Assembly: GCA_965225945.1 (NCBI GenBank)
Contig: CBDDBZ010000025.1
Coordinates: 32,001 to 96,000 of the forward strand
Direction of reading: 5' to 3'
Source of the DNA: Alphaproteobacteria bacterium
Lineage (GTDB): Bacteria; Pseudomonadota; Alphaproteobacteria; GCA-2731375
DNA length: 64,000 nucleotides
The translations under genes and the position numbers were made by a program. Of this stretch, positions 8,329-18,648 are shown piece by piece. The notes beneath the pieces were generated by a model. That model had not been told where the DNA came from, did not search any database, and saw only the letters and a program-made list of their open reading frames with translations. The first letter of the stretch is position 1. The number at the start of each line of letters is the position of its first letter.

Positions 8329-10296
8329 ATGACCGTCAAACGCCTGGAGATCATCCGACGAATCCCCTACCTCGACGGCCATGTTTTCGAGGGCGGCGGC
8401 GCTTACGAACGAATCGACGCGATCGCCCACTACGCCGTCGATCCCTCCCACCCGGCCAATCAAGGAATCGTCGATCTCGATCTCGCCGAGCGGTCCGACG
8501 GGCTGGTGCGCTTCGACGGCGACGTGACGCTGCTCGTGCCGCTCGGCGGCGGCAACCGGGCCCTGCTGTTCGAATTACCCAACCGAGGCAATAGACTTCT
8601 CTCGCGTTCGTTCAACCAGGGCTCGACCGTGCTCACGACGAGCGACGCGATCGATCCGGGCGACGGCTTCCTCATGCGCCACGGCTGGACCCTCGCCTGG
8701 TGCGGCTGGCAATGGGACGTGCCGGAGCCAAGCCCCCGGATGGGGCTGCGGGCACCCATCGTACCCCCCTTGGCCTTGTCGCTCGACGCACCCCTACAGC
8801 TCCGCCTCCAGCCGAACGCGGCCACCGTGCATTTCGCGCTGACCGACCATCATACCGGCCCGCCCGGCAACCATCGGCCGATCGCCACGCGCGACGTGGA
8901 CGACCCCGAGGCGCGGTTGCTGGCGCGCGAACACATGTACGCCGAAGCCGAGGAAATCCCGCGCGAGCGCTGGCGTTTCGCCCGCGACGCGGGCGGCCGA
9001 CCCCTCGCCGATCCGGAGCACGTCTGGCTCGAGGGCGGCTTCGAGGCGGGACGGATCTACGACATCGTCTACCATCCCAGCGATTGCCCCCTCGCCGGTG
9101 CCGGGCTCTTGGCGGCGCGCGATCTCGGCGCCTTCCTGTGCCGGGGCGCGGCGTCCCCGATCGCCGGGCGCGTCGAGCACGTGATCGGCCAGGGCGTCTC
9201 GCAATGCGGCCGATATCTGAGGACCTTCCTGGGCCTCGGCCTCAACGCCGACGAGGCGGGGAATCGGGTCTTCGACGGCCTGCTGTTACACGTCGCCGGC
9301 GGGCGACGCGGCGAATTTAATCAGCGCCGGGGCCAGCCCTCGGTGCAGCCGACGCCGGGCTTCGGCCACCTCTTCCCCTTCGCGGACGCGACCCAACACG
9401 ATTCCCGCACCGGCCGCGAGGCGGGCCTGCTCGACCGGCAGCGCGCGGCGGGATGCCTCCCCAAGATCTTCCAAACGGACAGCTCGTGCGAATATTGGCG
9501 CGGCGATGCCTCCCTCGCGCACAGCTCCGTGGCCGACGGCTCGGACGTCGAGCCGCCGCCGGAGGTGCGGCGCTATCTCTTCGCCTCCACCCAGCACGGC
9601 CCGGGGGTCCTGCCGTTCGTGGACACCAATCCCAACGGCGCGCGCGGCGCCAACGACTTCAACCTGGTCGACTACCGCCCCCTCTACCGCTCAGCGCTGG
9701 CCAATCTTCTCGACTGGATCAGAGACGATGTGGCGCCGCCCCCGAGCGTCTTCCCGCGACGCGACGACGGTACGGCCGCGCGCCGCGAGGCGGTGGGATC
9801 GATGCTCGCGACCCTGCCGGGCCTGACCTGCCCGGACCCCGAGCGCCTGCCGCGACTTTATCCGCTGGAACTCGGCGCCGGCGCGGACCGCGGTATCGGC
9901 GCCTTTCCCGCGACCGCGGCCGGTGACGCCTACGCCTGCGTCGTCTCGGCCGTCGACGCGGACGGCAACGAGACCGGCGGCGTACGCATGCCGGACGTGG
10001 CGGTGCCGGTGGCGACCCACGCCGGCTTCAACGTCCGCCACCCCGCGAGCGGGGGAAGCGGCCAAATCCTCGAATACATCGGGCTCACGCTGCCCTTCGC
10101 CAAGGACGAAGCCGCGCGCGGGCAGCGCGGTGACCCGCGCCCGTCGATCGAGGCCCGCTATGGCGGGCGCGACGACTATCTGGAGCGCGTGGGCGCCGCC
10201 GCCCGGGCGCTGGTCGAGGCGCGTCTGCTGCTGGCGGAAGATATCGAGGTCTGTGTGGGAATCGCGGCCGAGCGCTACGACGCCTGCGCCGGATGA
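8329..10296 (+). CDS. Large alpha/beta-hydrolase-domain protein (655 aa)
   Basis: FELPNRG, GWQWDV, GVSQCGRYLRTFL nucleophile elbow, EYWRGDASL and VDADGNETGG motifs. Confidence 0.8.
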   Translation: MTVKRLEIIRRIPYLDGHVFEGGGAYERIDAIAHYAVDPSHPANQGIVDLDLAERSDGLVRFDGDVTLLVPLGGGNRALLFELPNRGNRLLSRSFNQGSTVLTTSDAIDPGDGFLMRHGWTLAWCGWQWDVPEPSPRMGLRAPIVPPLALSLDAPLQLRLQPNAATVHFALTDHHTGPPGNHRPIATRDVDDPEARLLAREHMYAEAEEIPRERWRFARDAGGRPLADPEHVWLEGGFEAGRIYDIVYHPSDCPLAGAGLLAARDLGAFLCRGAASPIAGRVEHVIGQGVSQCGRYLRTFLGLGLNADEAGNRVFDGLLLHVAGGRRGEFNQRRGQPSVQPTPGFGHLFPFADATQHDSRTGREAGLLDRQRAAGCLPKIFQTDSSCEYWRGDASLAHSSVADGSDVEPPPEVRRYLFASTQHGPGVLPFVDTNPNGARGANDFNLVDYRPLYRSALANLLDWIRDDVAPPPSVFPRRDDGTAARREAVGSMLATLPGLTCPDPERLPRLYPLELGAGADRGIGAFPATAAGDAYACVVSAVDADGNETGGVRMPDVAVPVATHAGFNVRHPASGGSGQILEYIGLTLPFAKDEAARGQRGDPRPSIEARYGGRDDYLERVGAAARALVEARLLLAEDIEVCVGIAAERYDACAG

Positions 10297-10411
10297 GGAT
10301 CGCCACGCGGTCCGGGCTGGATGGCACTTCACGGGCCATGCTAGCCTGACCCCTGATAGCGACATCGCGGTTCGCGAGGCCGCCGACGGCGCCAATTCGG
10401 GAGGATGCTCG

Positions 10412-11890
10412 GTGAAGAAATGGCTCGCCATCACGGCTCTGCCGCTGCTGCTGCTGCCCGCCGCCGCCGAGGCCGGCAAATCGTCGATCACGCTGGCCAT
10501 GGCGCTGGAGCCGCCGGGGCTCGACCCGACCACCGGCGCCGCCGCCGCGATCGCCCAGATCACCCTCTACAACGTCTACGAGGGGCTGACCCGGATCAAC
10601 CAGGACGCCACCGTGAGCCCGATGCTGGCGGAAAGCTGGACCATCTCCGACGACGGCAAGACCTACACCTTCAAGCTGGTGAAGGGAGTGAAGTTCCACG
10701 ACGGCACGGATTTCGATTCGGGTGACGTCAAGTTCACCTACGAGCGCAACGCCGCCGAGGACTCCAAGAACAAGCGCAAGAAATACTTCACCAACATGGC
10801 CGGAATCGAGACGCCCGACGCCCACACGGTGGTGGTGCGGCTGAAGGAGGCCAGGCCGACTTTCGTCTTCAACATGGGCGAGAGCACCGCCGTCATCGTC
10901 AATTCCGAAGCCGCGGCGAGCAACGCCACCTCGCCCGTCGGCACCGGCCCGTTCAAATTCGTCAAGTGGACCAAGGGCGATTCGGTCGAGCTGGCCAAGG
11001 ATCCGGGCTGGCGCGACGCCGCCTCGATTGCCATCGAGAAGGTCAAGTTCCGCTTCATCAACGATCAGGCGGCGCAGTTGGCGGCGGTGATGGCCGGCGA
11101 CGTCGATCTGATCCCCTTCTCGCGGGCGGCCGAGTCGATCGACGCGGTGAAGGCCAACGATCGCCTCGCCGTCACCATCGGCACCACCGAGGGCGAGACC
11201 GTGCTCTCGACCAACAACAAGCATCCCGCGCTCTCCAAGCTGAAGGTTCGCCAGGCGATCGCCCACGCCATCGACCGGTCCGAGGTCATCGAGGGCGCGA
11301 TGTTCGGCGCCGGCACGCCGATCGGCAGCCATTTCGCGCCGCACAACCCGGACTATGTGGACCTCACGGCACGCTATCCCCACGACCTCGCCAAGGCCAA
11401 GGCGCTGCTCGCCGAGGCGGGCTACGGCGGGGGGCTGGAGCTGAGCCTGAAGCTGCCACCCACGGGCTATGCCCGCGACGGCGGCCAGATCGTCGCGCAA
11501 CAGCTCGAGCGCGCCGGCTTCAGAATCAAAATCGTCAACGTCGAATGGCCGGTCTGGCTGAAGGAGGTCTACAAGCAGAAGAACTACGACCTCTCGATCG
11601 TCAGCCACGTGGAGCCGATGGACATCGGCATCTACGCCCGCAAGAACTACTACTTCCAATACGACAACGCCGACTTCAACGCCATCATGGCCAAGGCCGA
11701 CGGCACCACCGATCCGGCGCTGCGCTCCAAGTATCTGAAACAGGCGCAGCGCAAACTGGCCGACGACGCGGTCAACGGCTATCTCTTCCAGCTCGCCAAG
11801 ATCACGATTCTAGATAAGGCGCTCGTCGGGGTCTGGCGCAATTCGCCGATGTTCGTCAACGACCTGCGCTCGGTCTCCTGGAAGGAGTGA
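10412..11890 (+). CDS. ABC transporter substrate-binding protein (family 5)
   Basis: GTG start after GGAGG; signal peptide; PMLAESWTISDDGKTYTFKL..GVKFHDG and PVGTGPF motifs. Confidence 0.92.
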   Translation: MKKWLAITALPLLLLPAAAEAGKSSITLAMALEPPGLDPTTGAAAAIAQITLYNVYEGLTRINQDATVSPMLAESWTISDDGKTYTFKLVKGVKFHDGTDFDSGDVKFTYERNAAEDSKNKRKKYFTNMAGIETPDAHTVVVRLKEARPTFVFNMGESTAVIVNSEAAASNATSPVGTGPFKFVKWTKGDSVELAKDPGWRDAASIAIEKVKFRFINDQAAQLAAVMAGDVDLIPFSRAAESIDAVKANDRLAVTIGTTEGETVLSTNNKHPALSKLKVRQAIAHAIDRSEVIEGAMFGAGTPIGSHFAPHNPDYVDLTARYPHDLAKAKALLAEAGYGGGLELSLKLPPTGYARDGGQIVAQQLERAGFRIKIVNVEWPVWLKEVYKQKNYDLSIVSHVEPMDIGIYARKNYYFQYDNADFNAIMAKADGTTDPALRSKYLKQAQRKLADDAVNGYLFQLAKITILDKALVGVWRNSPMFVNDLRSVSWKE

Positions 11891-11929
11891 GCGGGCGCGG
11901 GCGGCGGCTCGCTTCAATCCCGGTGCGCG

Positions 11930-12331
11930 CTACTCCTCGGCTTCCTCCGCGCGCAGCTCGGCGAAGGTTTCCTTGGCGGTGATGAGCCCCTCGCGGACGG
12001 AGGGGACGCCGATGTAGCCGGCGAGATGCAGCAAGACCTCGCTCAACTCGTCCTCGCTCCAGCCCTGGCGCCACGCCATGCGGAGGTGGAGCTTCAATTC
12101 CGGCCAGCGCCCCGTCGCGGTGTCGGAGACGACGCAGATCAGCGTCCGGGTCTTGAGGTCGAGGCCGGGCCGGGACCACAGCAGGCCGAAGATCGCCTCG
12201 CCGGTATAGGCCGCGAACTTCTCCATGATCGGATCGTCGTAGACGGTCCTCGACATCTCCTCGATCTTCTTGTCGCCGATCAGTCGGCGGCGGATCTCCC
12301 GGCCCTTCCTGTAGGTTTCGCTCTCGGCCAT
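11930..12331 (-). CDS. Carboxymuconolactone decarboxylase family protein
   Basis: FGLLWSRPGLDLKTRTL...ELKLH...LAGYIGVP. Confidence 0.85.
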   Translation of the reverse strand: MAESETYRKGREIRRRLIGDKKIEEMSRTVYDDPIMEKFAAYTGEAIFGLLWSRPGLDLKTRTLICVVSDTATGRWPELKLHLRMAWRQGWSEDELSEVLLHLAGYIGVPSVREGLITAKETFAELRAEEAEE

Positions 12332-12444
12332 CGCTCTCTTCCTCCTAGCGTGATGCGCCATCGGGGCGCACTGTAACCGAAATCCGTACGTTCGGAGGCA
12401 TGGCCGCCACCGCCACAACGCCCGACATCTGGACAAATTCGACC

Positions 12445-13914
12445 ATGACCATCCGCTGGACCGACGCCGCCTCGACGCCGATCAACCCGCCCGGCACCGC
12501 CGAACGGCCGCTCGCCGACGCCGCCGCGCGCCTCGCGGCACTCGCCGAGGAGGTCCACGGCGATCTCCACACCTTGCGCCATCCCGAGACCGACTGGATG
12601 CCGCAGCGCCTCGGCCCGGACGGCGCGCCGATGCTCGACGTGCTGATCGCCGGCGCCGGCCAGGGCGGGCTCGCGCTTGCCGGCCAACTGATCCGCGAGC
12701 GGGTGACCAACATCCAGGTCATCGACAAGACACCCGAGGGCAAGGAAGGGGTGTGGAACGATTTCGGGCGGATGCCGGTGATCCGCTCGCCCAAGCAATA
12801 TCCGGGACCCGATCAGGGGGTCGCCAGCCTGACCTACGAGGCCTGGCATCGGGCCAAGTTCGGCGACGCGGACTGGGAGGCGGTGGTCCTGGTGCCGATC
12901 CCGGGCTGGACCGACTATCTCGCCTGGGTGCGCCAGACCCTGGCGCTGCCGGTCCTGAACGAGACCGAGCTGACCCGCATCGAGCCGGCGGAGGACTGCC
13001 TGCGGGTGACGCTGTCGACGAAGACGGGCGAGCAACGCCGCTATGTCCGCCGCCTGGTGCTGGCCACCGGCCACGACGGCACCGGCAAGTGGGATCTGCC
13101 CGACGTTATCGCCGAGCTGCCGGAAGGGTTGCGCGCCCGGGCGAGCGACCCCATCGATTTCGCCCGGCTCCGGGGCAAGCGGGTCGCGGTGCTGGGGGTC
13201 GGCGCCTCGGCCGGCGACAATGCGATCTGCGCCCTGGAGGCGGGCGTCCGCGAACTCCACATGTTCTGCCGCCGTCCCAGCCATCGCCGCCAGCAGGTTT
13301 ACCGCTGGTGCATCTTCGCCGGCTTCCTGCGTCATTTCAACGATTTGGACGACGCCTGGCGCTGGCGCTTCATGCATTACATCTTGAATATCCGCATGGG
13401 GCTGCCGCCCGAGACCTGGAACCGGATGAACGAGTTCGCCGCCTTCAGCCTCCATGCCGGCACCGAGTGGCGGGGCGTCGGCGCGCGCGGGCCCGTGGTC
13501 GAGATCGAGACCAACCGGGGCGCCTTCGAGGTCGACTTCGTGATCGCCGGCACCGGCCACGACCAGGACCTCCACGCCCGCCCGGAACTCCGCGCCTTCG
13601 CGGCCGAGATCGCGCTCTGGGCCGATCGCTACCAGCCGCCGCCGGAGCTGGCCGACGCGCGGCTCGCCCGCTATCCCTATATCGGGCCCAACTTCGAATT
13701 TTTGGAGAAAGTGCCGGGTACCGCGCCTTTCCTCTCCCGCATCCACGACTTCACCTTCGGGCCGACCCTGAGCTTCGGGCCGAGCGGATGTTCGATCAGC
13801 ACGCTCAGGCTCACCGTGGCGATGCTGGTCGCCGGCGTTACCCGGGGCCTCTTCACCGAGGACGTCGAGACCCATTGGCAAGCCGTCCTCGACTACCCCC
13901 ACATGATCCCGTGA
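12445..13914 (+). CDS. FAD/NAD(P)H-dependent monooxygenase, HpyO (urate hydroxylase)-like
   Basis: Two dinucleotide-binding motifs (GAGQGG, GVGASAGD), RMPVIRSPK and LVLATG. The start could instead be 12400. Confidence 0.8.
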   Translation: MTIRWTDAASTPINPPGTAERPLADAAARLAALAEEVHGDLHTLRHPETDWMPQRLGPDGAPMLDVLIAGAGQGGLALAGQLIRERVTNIQVIDKTPEGKEGVWNDFGRMPVIRSPKQYPGPDQGVASLTYEAWHRAKFGDADWEAVVLVPIPGWTDYLAWVRQTLALPVLNETELTRIEPAEDCLRVTLSTKTGEQRRYVRRLVLATGHDGTGKWDLPDVIAELPEGLRARASDPIDFARLRGKRVAVLGVGASAGDNAICALEAGVRELHMFCRRPSHRRQQVYRWCIFAGFLRHFNDLDDAWRWRFMHYILNIRMGLPPETWNRMNEFAAFSLHAGTEWRGVGARGPVVEIETNRGAFEVDFVIAGTGHDQDLHARPELRAFAAEIALWADRYQPPPELADARLARYPYIGPNFEFLEKVPGTAPFLSRIHDFTFGPTLSFGPSGCSISTLRLTVAMLVAGVTRGLFTEDVETHWQAVLDYPHMIP

Positions 13915-14025
13915 GCGGGCCGGCGGTGCGCGCCATGCCGCCCGTCGGCTTCCCCTGGAAGCGCGGCGTCGTATGATGGCGGGCGCCGTTTCGGCGCCGG
14001 CGGCGAGATGAGGGAAGGGCGCGCC

Positions 14026-14982
14026 ATGGCACGAGTGTTGATCGTGGGGGCCGCGCAGCTCGGGCCCATCCAGCGCGCCGACGACCGCGCCGCCGTGGTC
14101 CGCCGGCTGATTGCCTTGCTGCGCCAGGCGCACGCACGGGGCGCCCGCCTCGTGGTCTTTCCGGAGCTGGCGCTGACCACCTTCTTCCCCCGCTGGTGGA
14201 TGGAGGACAGCAGCGAGATCGACGCCTATTTCGAGACCGAGATGCCGGGCGCCCTGACCCGGCCGCTGTTCGAGGCGGCGGGCGAGCTCGGCCTCGGCTT
14301 CTACCTCGGCTATGCGGAACTGGCGCGCGAGGGCGGGGCCACGCACCGCTACAACACCGCTATCCTGGTCGACGCGGCCGGCGCCATCGTCGGCAAGTAT
14401 CGCAAGGTCCATCTGCCGGGCAGCCTCGAATTCCGCCCCGGCCTCGCCTTCCAGCAGTTGGAGAAGCGCTATTTCGAATACGGCGACCTCGGCTTCCCGG
14501 TCTTCCGCGCCTTCGGCGGGATCATGGGGATGGCGATCTGCAACGACCGGCGCTGGCCGGAGACCTTCCGCATGCTCGGGCTCCAGGGGGCGGAGCTGGT
14601 GATGATCGGCTACAACTCCGCCGCCCACGATCCCAATGGCGGCGCGGACAACTACGAGCGGCGGATCTTCCATTCCAACCTGGCGGTCCAGGCCGGCGCC
14701 TATCAGAACTCGACCTGGGTCGCGAGCGTCGCCAAGGCCGGCGTGGAGGACGGCGCCGGCCTGATCGGCTCCAGCGTCATCTGCAACCCCTCGGGCGAGA
14801 TCGTCGCCAGGGCCGAGACCCTGGAGGACGAGTTGCTGGTGGCGGAGTGCGATCTCGACGCCTGCGCGCCGGGCCGCGAGCTGATGTTCAACTTCGCCGA
14901 ACACCGCCGGATCGAGCACTATGGCCTGATCACCAGCCAGATCGGCGTCGTCGTGCCCGAGCTCGAGACGAGTGGCGAATAG
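14026..14982 (+). CDS. N-carbamoyl-D-amino-acid amidohydrolase (nitrilase superfamily)
   Basis: Catalytic E-K-C motifs FPELALTTFFPRW, YRKVHLPG and ICNDRRWPE. Confidence 0.9.
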   Translation: MARVLIVGAAQLGPIQRADDRAAVVRRLIALLRQAHARGARLVVFPELALTTFFPRWWMEDSSEIDAYFETEMPGALTRPLFEAAGELGLGFYLGYAELAREGGATHRYNTAILVDAAGAIVGKYRKVHLPGSLEFRPGLAFQQLEKRYFEYGDLGFPVFRAFGGIMGMAICNDRRWPETFRMLGLQGAELVMIGYNSAAHDPNGGADNYERRIFHSNLAVQAGAYQNSTWVASVAKAGVEDGAGLIGSSVICNPSGEIVARAETLEDELLVAECDLDACAPGRELMFNFAEHRRIEHYGLITSQIGVVVPELETSGE

Positions 14983-15010
14983 CATGATCCACGGCTTCTG
15001 CTCGATGTTG

Positions 15011-15069
15011 GATAAGGGGACACAATACTTATCTTCACGCAGCGAAGATAAGTATTGTGTCCCCTTATC
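15011..15069. repeat. Intergenic palindrome with 26-bp perfect arms and a 7-nt loop (REP/MITE-like)
   Basis: gataaggggacacaatacttatcttc-acgcagc-gaagataagtattgtgtccccttatc. Confidence 0.9.
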
Positions 15070-15149
15070 TATGCGCGGGCATCGCCGCGCGGCCGAGGCC
15101 CGCGCGGTTCCCGCGCTCCGCCGGGCGCTGGCCTGAGGCCCGCGGGCGA

Positions 15150-16766
15150 ATGGCGGAGGGGGCCGAGGAGTACGACTTCATCGTCGTCGGGGCCGGCTCG
15201 GCAGGCTGCGCCGTGGCCGCGCGGCTGAGCGAATCCGGGCGCCACACCGTGCTGCTGCTGGAGGCCGGGCCGCGCGACCGCAACCCCTGGATCCACGTCC
15301 CCCTCGGCTACACCAAGATCTTCACCGACGCTTCCGTCAATTGGAAGTTCGAGAGCGAGCCGGTGGCGGCGCTCGGAGGGCGCACCCTCTACCAGCCGCG
15401 CGGGCGCGTGCTGGGCGGCACCAGCTCGATCAACGGCGCGGTCTACATGCGCGGCCATCCGGCCGACTACGACGGCTGGCGCCAGCGCGATTGCGAGGGC
15501 TGGGACTGGGACTCGGTGCTGCCCTATTTCAAGCGCGCCGAGGACCAGGAGCGTGGGCCGGATGGCTGGCACGGCGTCGGCGGGCCGCTTCGCGTCTCCG
15601 ACGTGGGCCACCCGACGGCGCTCGCCGAGGCGATGATCCGGGCCGCGATGCAGGCCGGATTCCCCGCCAACCCTGATTTCAACGGCCCCACCCAGGACGG
15701 CGTCGGCTATTACCAGTTCACCGCCACGCGGAGCCGGCGCTGGAGCAGTGCCAGGGCCTATCTGCACCCCGCCCGCAGCCGCGCCAACCTGGCCGTCGTC
15801 ACCTCGGCCCTGGCCGCCCGCGTGGTGCTTGAGCAGGGCCGCGCGGCGGCGATCGAATACCGCCTCGGGCGCAACACGCGGACGGCCAGGGCGCGGCGCG
15901 AGATCGTGCTCTCGGGCGGGACTTACGGCTCGGCCCATCTGCTGCAGCTCTCCGGCATCGGCCCGGCAGACGTGCTGCGGCCGGCCGGCGTCGCGGTTCT
16001 GCACGATCTCGCCGGCGTCGGCGCCAATCTGCAGGACCACTTCAACAGCTATGTGATCTTTCGCGCCGCGCGGCCGGTGACGCTCAACGATCTGGCCAAC
16101 AGCCTCCCCCGGCGGCTGCTGGCCGGCGCCCGCTACGCCCTCTTTGGCACCGGGCCGCTCGCCGGCACCGGGATTCCGGCCGGCCTCTTCGCCCGCAGCG
16201 ATCCGAGCCTGGAGCGCCCCGATTTGCAGATCAACCTCCTGGCCTGGAGCACGGCGAAACGCCACCGCGACGGCCTGGTGGTGCATCCGTTCTCGGGTTT
16301 CATGCTGAGCCCGGTGCATTTGCGCCCCGAGGGCCGGGGCACGGTCGGCTTGCGAAGCGCGGAGCCCAGCGAGGCGCCGGCGATCCGTTTCGAATTTCTC
16401 GCGAGCGAGTATGACCGCCGGGCGATTCTGCACGGCCTGCGCCTGGCCCGCGAGATCGCCCGCCAGCCGGCGCTCGTCCCCTTCATCGCCGAGGAGATCG
16501 CGCCGGGCGCCGGCGCGGTGAGCGACGCGGATTTGCTGGCCGACGTCCGCGCCCGGGGCATCGCCAACTACCACCCCGTGGGCACCTGCCGGATGGGGCG
16601 CGGCGCCGACGCGGTGGTGGACGCTCGGTTGCGCGTGCATGGGGTGGGCGGCTTGCGGGTGGCGGACGCCTCGATCATGCCGGCGATTGTCGCCGGCAAC
16701 ACCAACGCGCCGGCGATCATGATCGCCGAGTTGGCGGCGGCCATGATCCTGGAGGACGCGGGGTAG
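15150..16766 (+). CDS. GMC family oxidoreductase (choline dehydrogenase-like)
   Basis: [36 protein letters not shown] and GNTNAP motifs. Confidence 0.93.
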   Translation: MAEGAEEYDFIVVGAGSAGCAVAARLSESGRHTVLLLEAGPRDRNPWIHVPLGYTKIFTDASVNWKFESEPVAALGGRTLYQPRGRVLGGTSSINGAVYMRGHPADYDGWRQRDCEGWDWDSVLPYFKRAEDQERGPDGWHGVGGPLRVSDVGHPTALAEAMIRAAMQAGFPANPDFNGPTQDGVGYYQFTATRSRRWSSARAYLHPARSRANLAVVTSALAARVVLEQGRAAAIEYRLGRNTRTARARREIVLSGGTYGSAHLLQLSGIGPADVLRPAGVAVLHDLAGVGANLQDHFNSYVIFRAARPVTLNDLANSLPRRLLAGARYALFGTGPLAGTGIPAGLFARSDPSLERPDLQINLLAWSTAKRHRDGLVVHPFSGFMLSPVHLRPEGRGTVGLRSAEPSEAPAIRFEFLASEYDRRAILHGLRLAREIARQPALVPFIAEEIAPGAGAVSDADLLADVRARGIANYHPVGTCRMGRGADAVVDARLRVHGVGGLRVADASIMPAIVAGNTNAPAIMIAELAAAMILEDAG

Positions 16767-16820
16767 GGGGTGGTGGTGTGTCGTGGTTCGCTTCGACGCC
16801 GAGGTGGGGTGAAAACGGAA

Positions 16821-17845
16821 GGCTCAATTCGTGAATTGTATGCGTCACCTTGTTACGGCGGCGGCGAGGCAGGCTCGGTCATTGGCGCCGGGGGCGAGGC
16901 CGACGAGGTGGAACCAGCTCAGGTAGTTGTCCAGATAGCGGGTGGCGATGCCGCGGCGGGGACGCAGGAAGTCCTTCAACCGGCTGTGGCGGCTGTTCAC
17001 CGTCTGCACATGCAGATCGCCCCGAACCCGTTCCCCCATCGAGCGGTTGAGTGCTTCGTGGCTCACCCCGAGCGCGGCGGCGCACGGTGGGTAGCTCGCG
17101 CCGCCGTCGGAGACCAGCAGGGCGTCCTTCGCGACCACCGGGTCGAGGGCAGCCGTGAGCGCCGCCGCATCGACCCTGGGCAGCACCGCGCTGACCGTCG
17201 TTCCGCTCCGGTCCGCCGCCATGAGAACCGGTACCTGCTCGCGCGAGAGGCCGCGCTTCTTCGCCTTGCCGCCCCGCCGCCGTGCCTTGCGCCCCAGCCC
17301 GCGCGCGCCCTTCCGGCTCTCCAGGACGTAGGTCTCGTCCGCTTCCACGATCCCCTTGAGCACCTCCGAATCGCTCCGCGCCGCCGCCAGAAACCGGTGA
17401 CGCCAGCGGAACGCCGTGCTCACCGCCACGTCGCAGCGCGCCGCCGAGGCCTTCACCGTCTCCCCCTTCGCCAGCGACGCCCCGAACGACAGCCAGCGTT
17501 CCTTGTGGTGCAAGCCCGACAGCGGCGTACCGCTCAGCGCGTTGAAGGTCCTGCCGCAGCCCTTGCACTGGTAGCGCCGCAGACCCCGCGCCATACCGCG
17601 CGAAACCGCCCCTTCGCTCGCGCAGTGCGGACAGCGCCGGGCCTCGTCCACACCAAGCTCGATCGCGGCCTTCGATGCCTCGCCCTCGCTCCGGCCCGAC
17701 AGCACCGCGAGCGCCTCGCGCCGCTGCGCGCGCGTCAGCCCGCGCGCCGCCGAAAGCCACACCTGGAAACCCTTGCCGTCCATAACCCAACCTCCTGACG
17801 TTCCAGGCACTCTATCACTAATGCATACAATTCACGAATTGAGCC
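16821..17845 (-). mobile_element. IS1595-family insertion sequence, apparently intact
   Basis: 23-bp perfect TIRs ggctcaattcgtgaattgtatgc (16821-16843 and 17823-17845); 8-bp TSD aaacggaa (16813-16820 and 17846-17853). Confidence 0.95.
16845..17783 (-). CDS. IS1595-family transposase
   Basis: CPHC...[28 protein letters not shown] and [14 protein letters not shown] motifs. Confidence 0.92.
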   Translation of the reverse strand: MDGKGFQVWLSAARGLTRAQRREALAVLSGRSEGEASKAAIELGVDEARRCPHCASEGAVSRGMARGLRRYQCKGCGRTFNALSGTPLSGLHHKERWLSFGASLAKGETVKASAARCDVAVSTAFRWRHRFLAAARSDSEVLKGIVEADETYVLESRKGARGLGRKARRRGGKAKKRGLSREQVPVLMAADRSGTTVSAVLPRVDAAALTAALDPVVAKDALLVSDGGASYPPCAAALGVSHEALNRSMGERVRGDLHVQTVNSRHSRLKDFLRPRRGIATRYLDNYLSWFHLVGLAPGANDRACLAAAVTR

Positions 17846-17883
17846 AAACGGAAATCCCTCCCCCTTCGCCGACGGAGCCCCCC

Positions 17884-18075
17884 ATGACCGACCGCTACAC
17901 CAAAACCGTGCTGACCGTGATCGCCGCCGCGCTGGTGTGGCTCGCCGTCGACCTCCCCGCCGCCGGCGCCGCCGGCGCGCAAGACGTCAAGGTCACCGCG
18001 ATCAGCTATACCGCCGCCGACAACCTTGCGCGGCGCATCGCCCGCGAGATCACGAACGCCTGCCGCTGCCGCTAG
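17884..18075 (+). CDS. Small putative exported protein (63 aa)
   Basis: GGAG RBS; MTDRYTKTVLTVIAAALVWLA hydrophobic N-terminus; GC-rich third codon positions. Confidence 0.6.
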   Translation: MTDRYTKTVLTVIAAALVWLAVDLPAAGAAGAQDVKVTAISYTAADNLARRIAREITNACRCR

Positions 18076-18648
18076 CGACCCCGCCCGGCCTCGCGGCCCC
18101 GCCCGCGCGCGGCCGGCGCGCGGGTCGGGCACATCGCGCCCGCTCTCGACGTCACCGCGATCAGCCATGCCGCTCCGCTCGGTGCTTCCCGTGTTCATAT
18201 TTTGAACATGGGAATTGCGCGCGCGCGCCGTGGTGGGGATCGTGGACGAGACGCTCGGGGGGGAGACCGAGCCCGGCACCCGAGCTTCGCGACCCGCTCC
18301 CGAGCGAGACGCCCGAGCCCGCGTCCAAACGCCACGGCCACGCCGATCCGCGCCGCGCGGCGAGAAACACGCCGCGGGGGAAGTGATTTTGTAACGGCTC
18401 GATCAAAAGCCTTCATTTTCGCGCGATTTTGAGCGATTTCGAGGCCAAAATGAGGCAACATGAGTACGCTTTTCGACCCCGGAGGGCCCCGAGCCGGACG
18501 GCCGGCGTCCGGCGAGCGCCGGCTCGGCGCCGTATTCGGCGACAAGCTCTTCCGACGAGCCCTCCCGGAGCACGGTTTCGCCGGGCTCGGGCTGCTCGCC
18601 ACCCCAAACGCGGTTCACCACCTTCGGCCCTCCTCGCCTCCCGACCCC

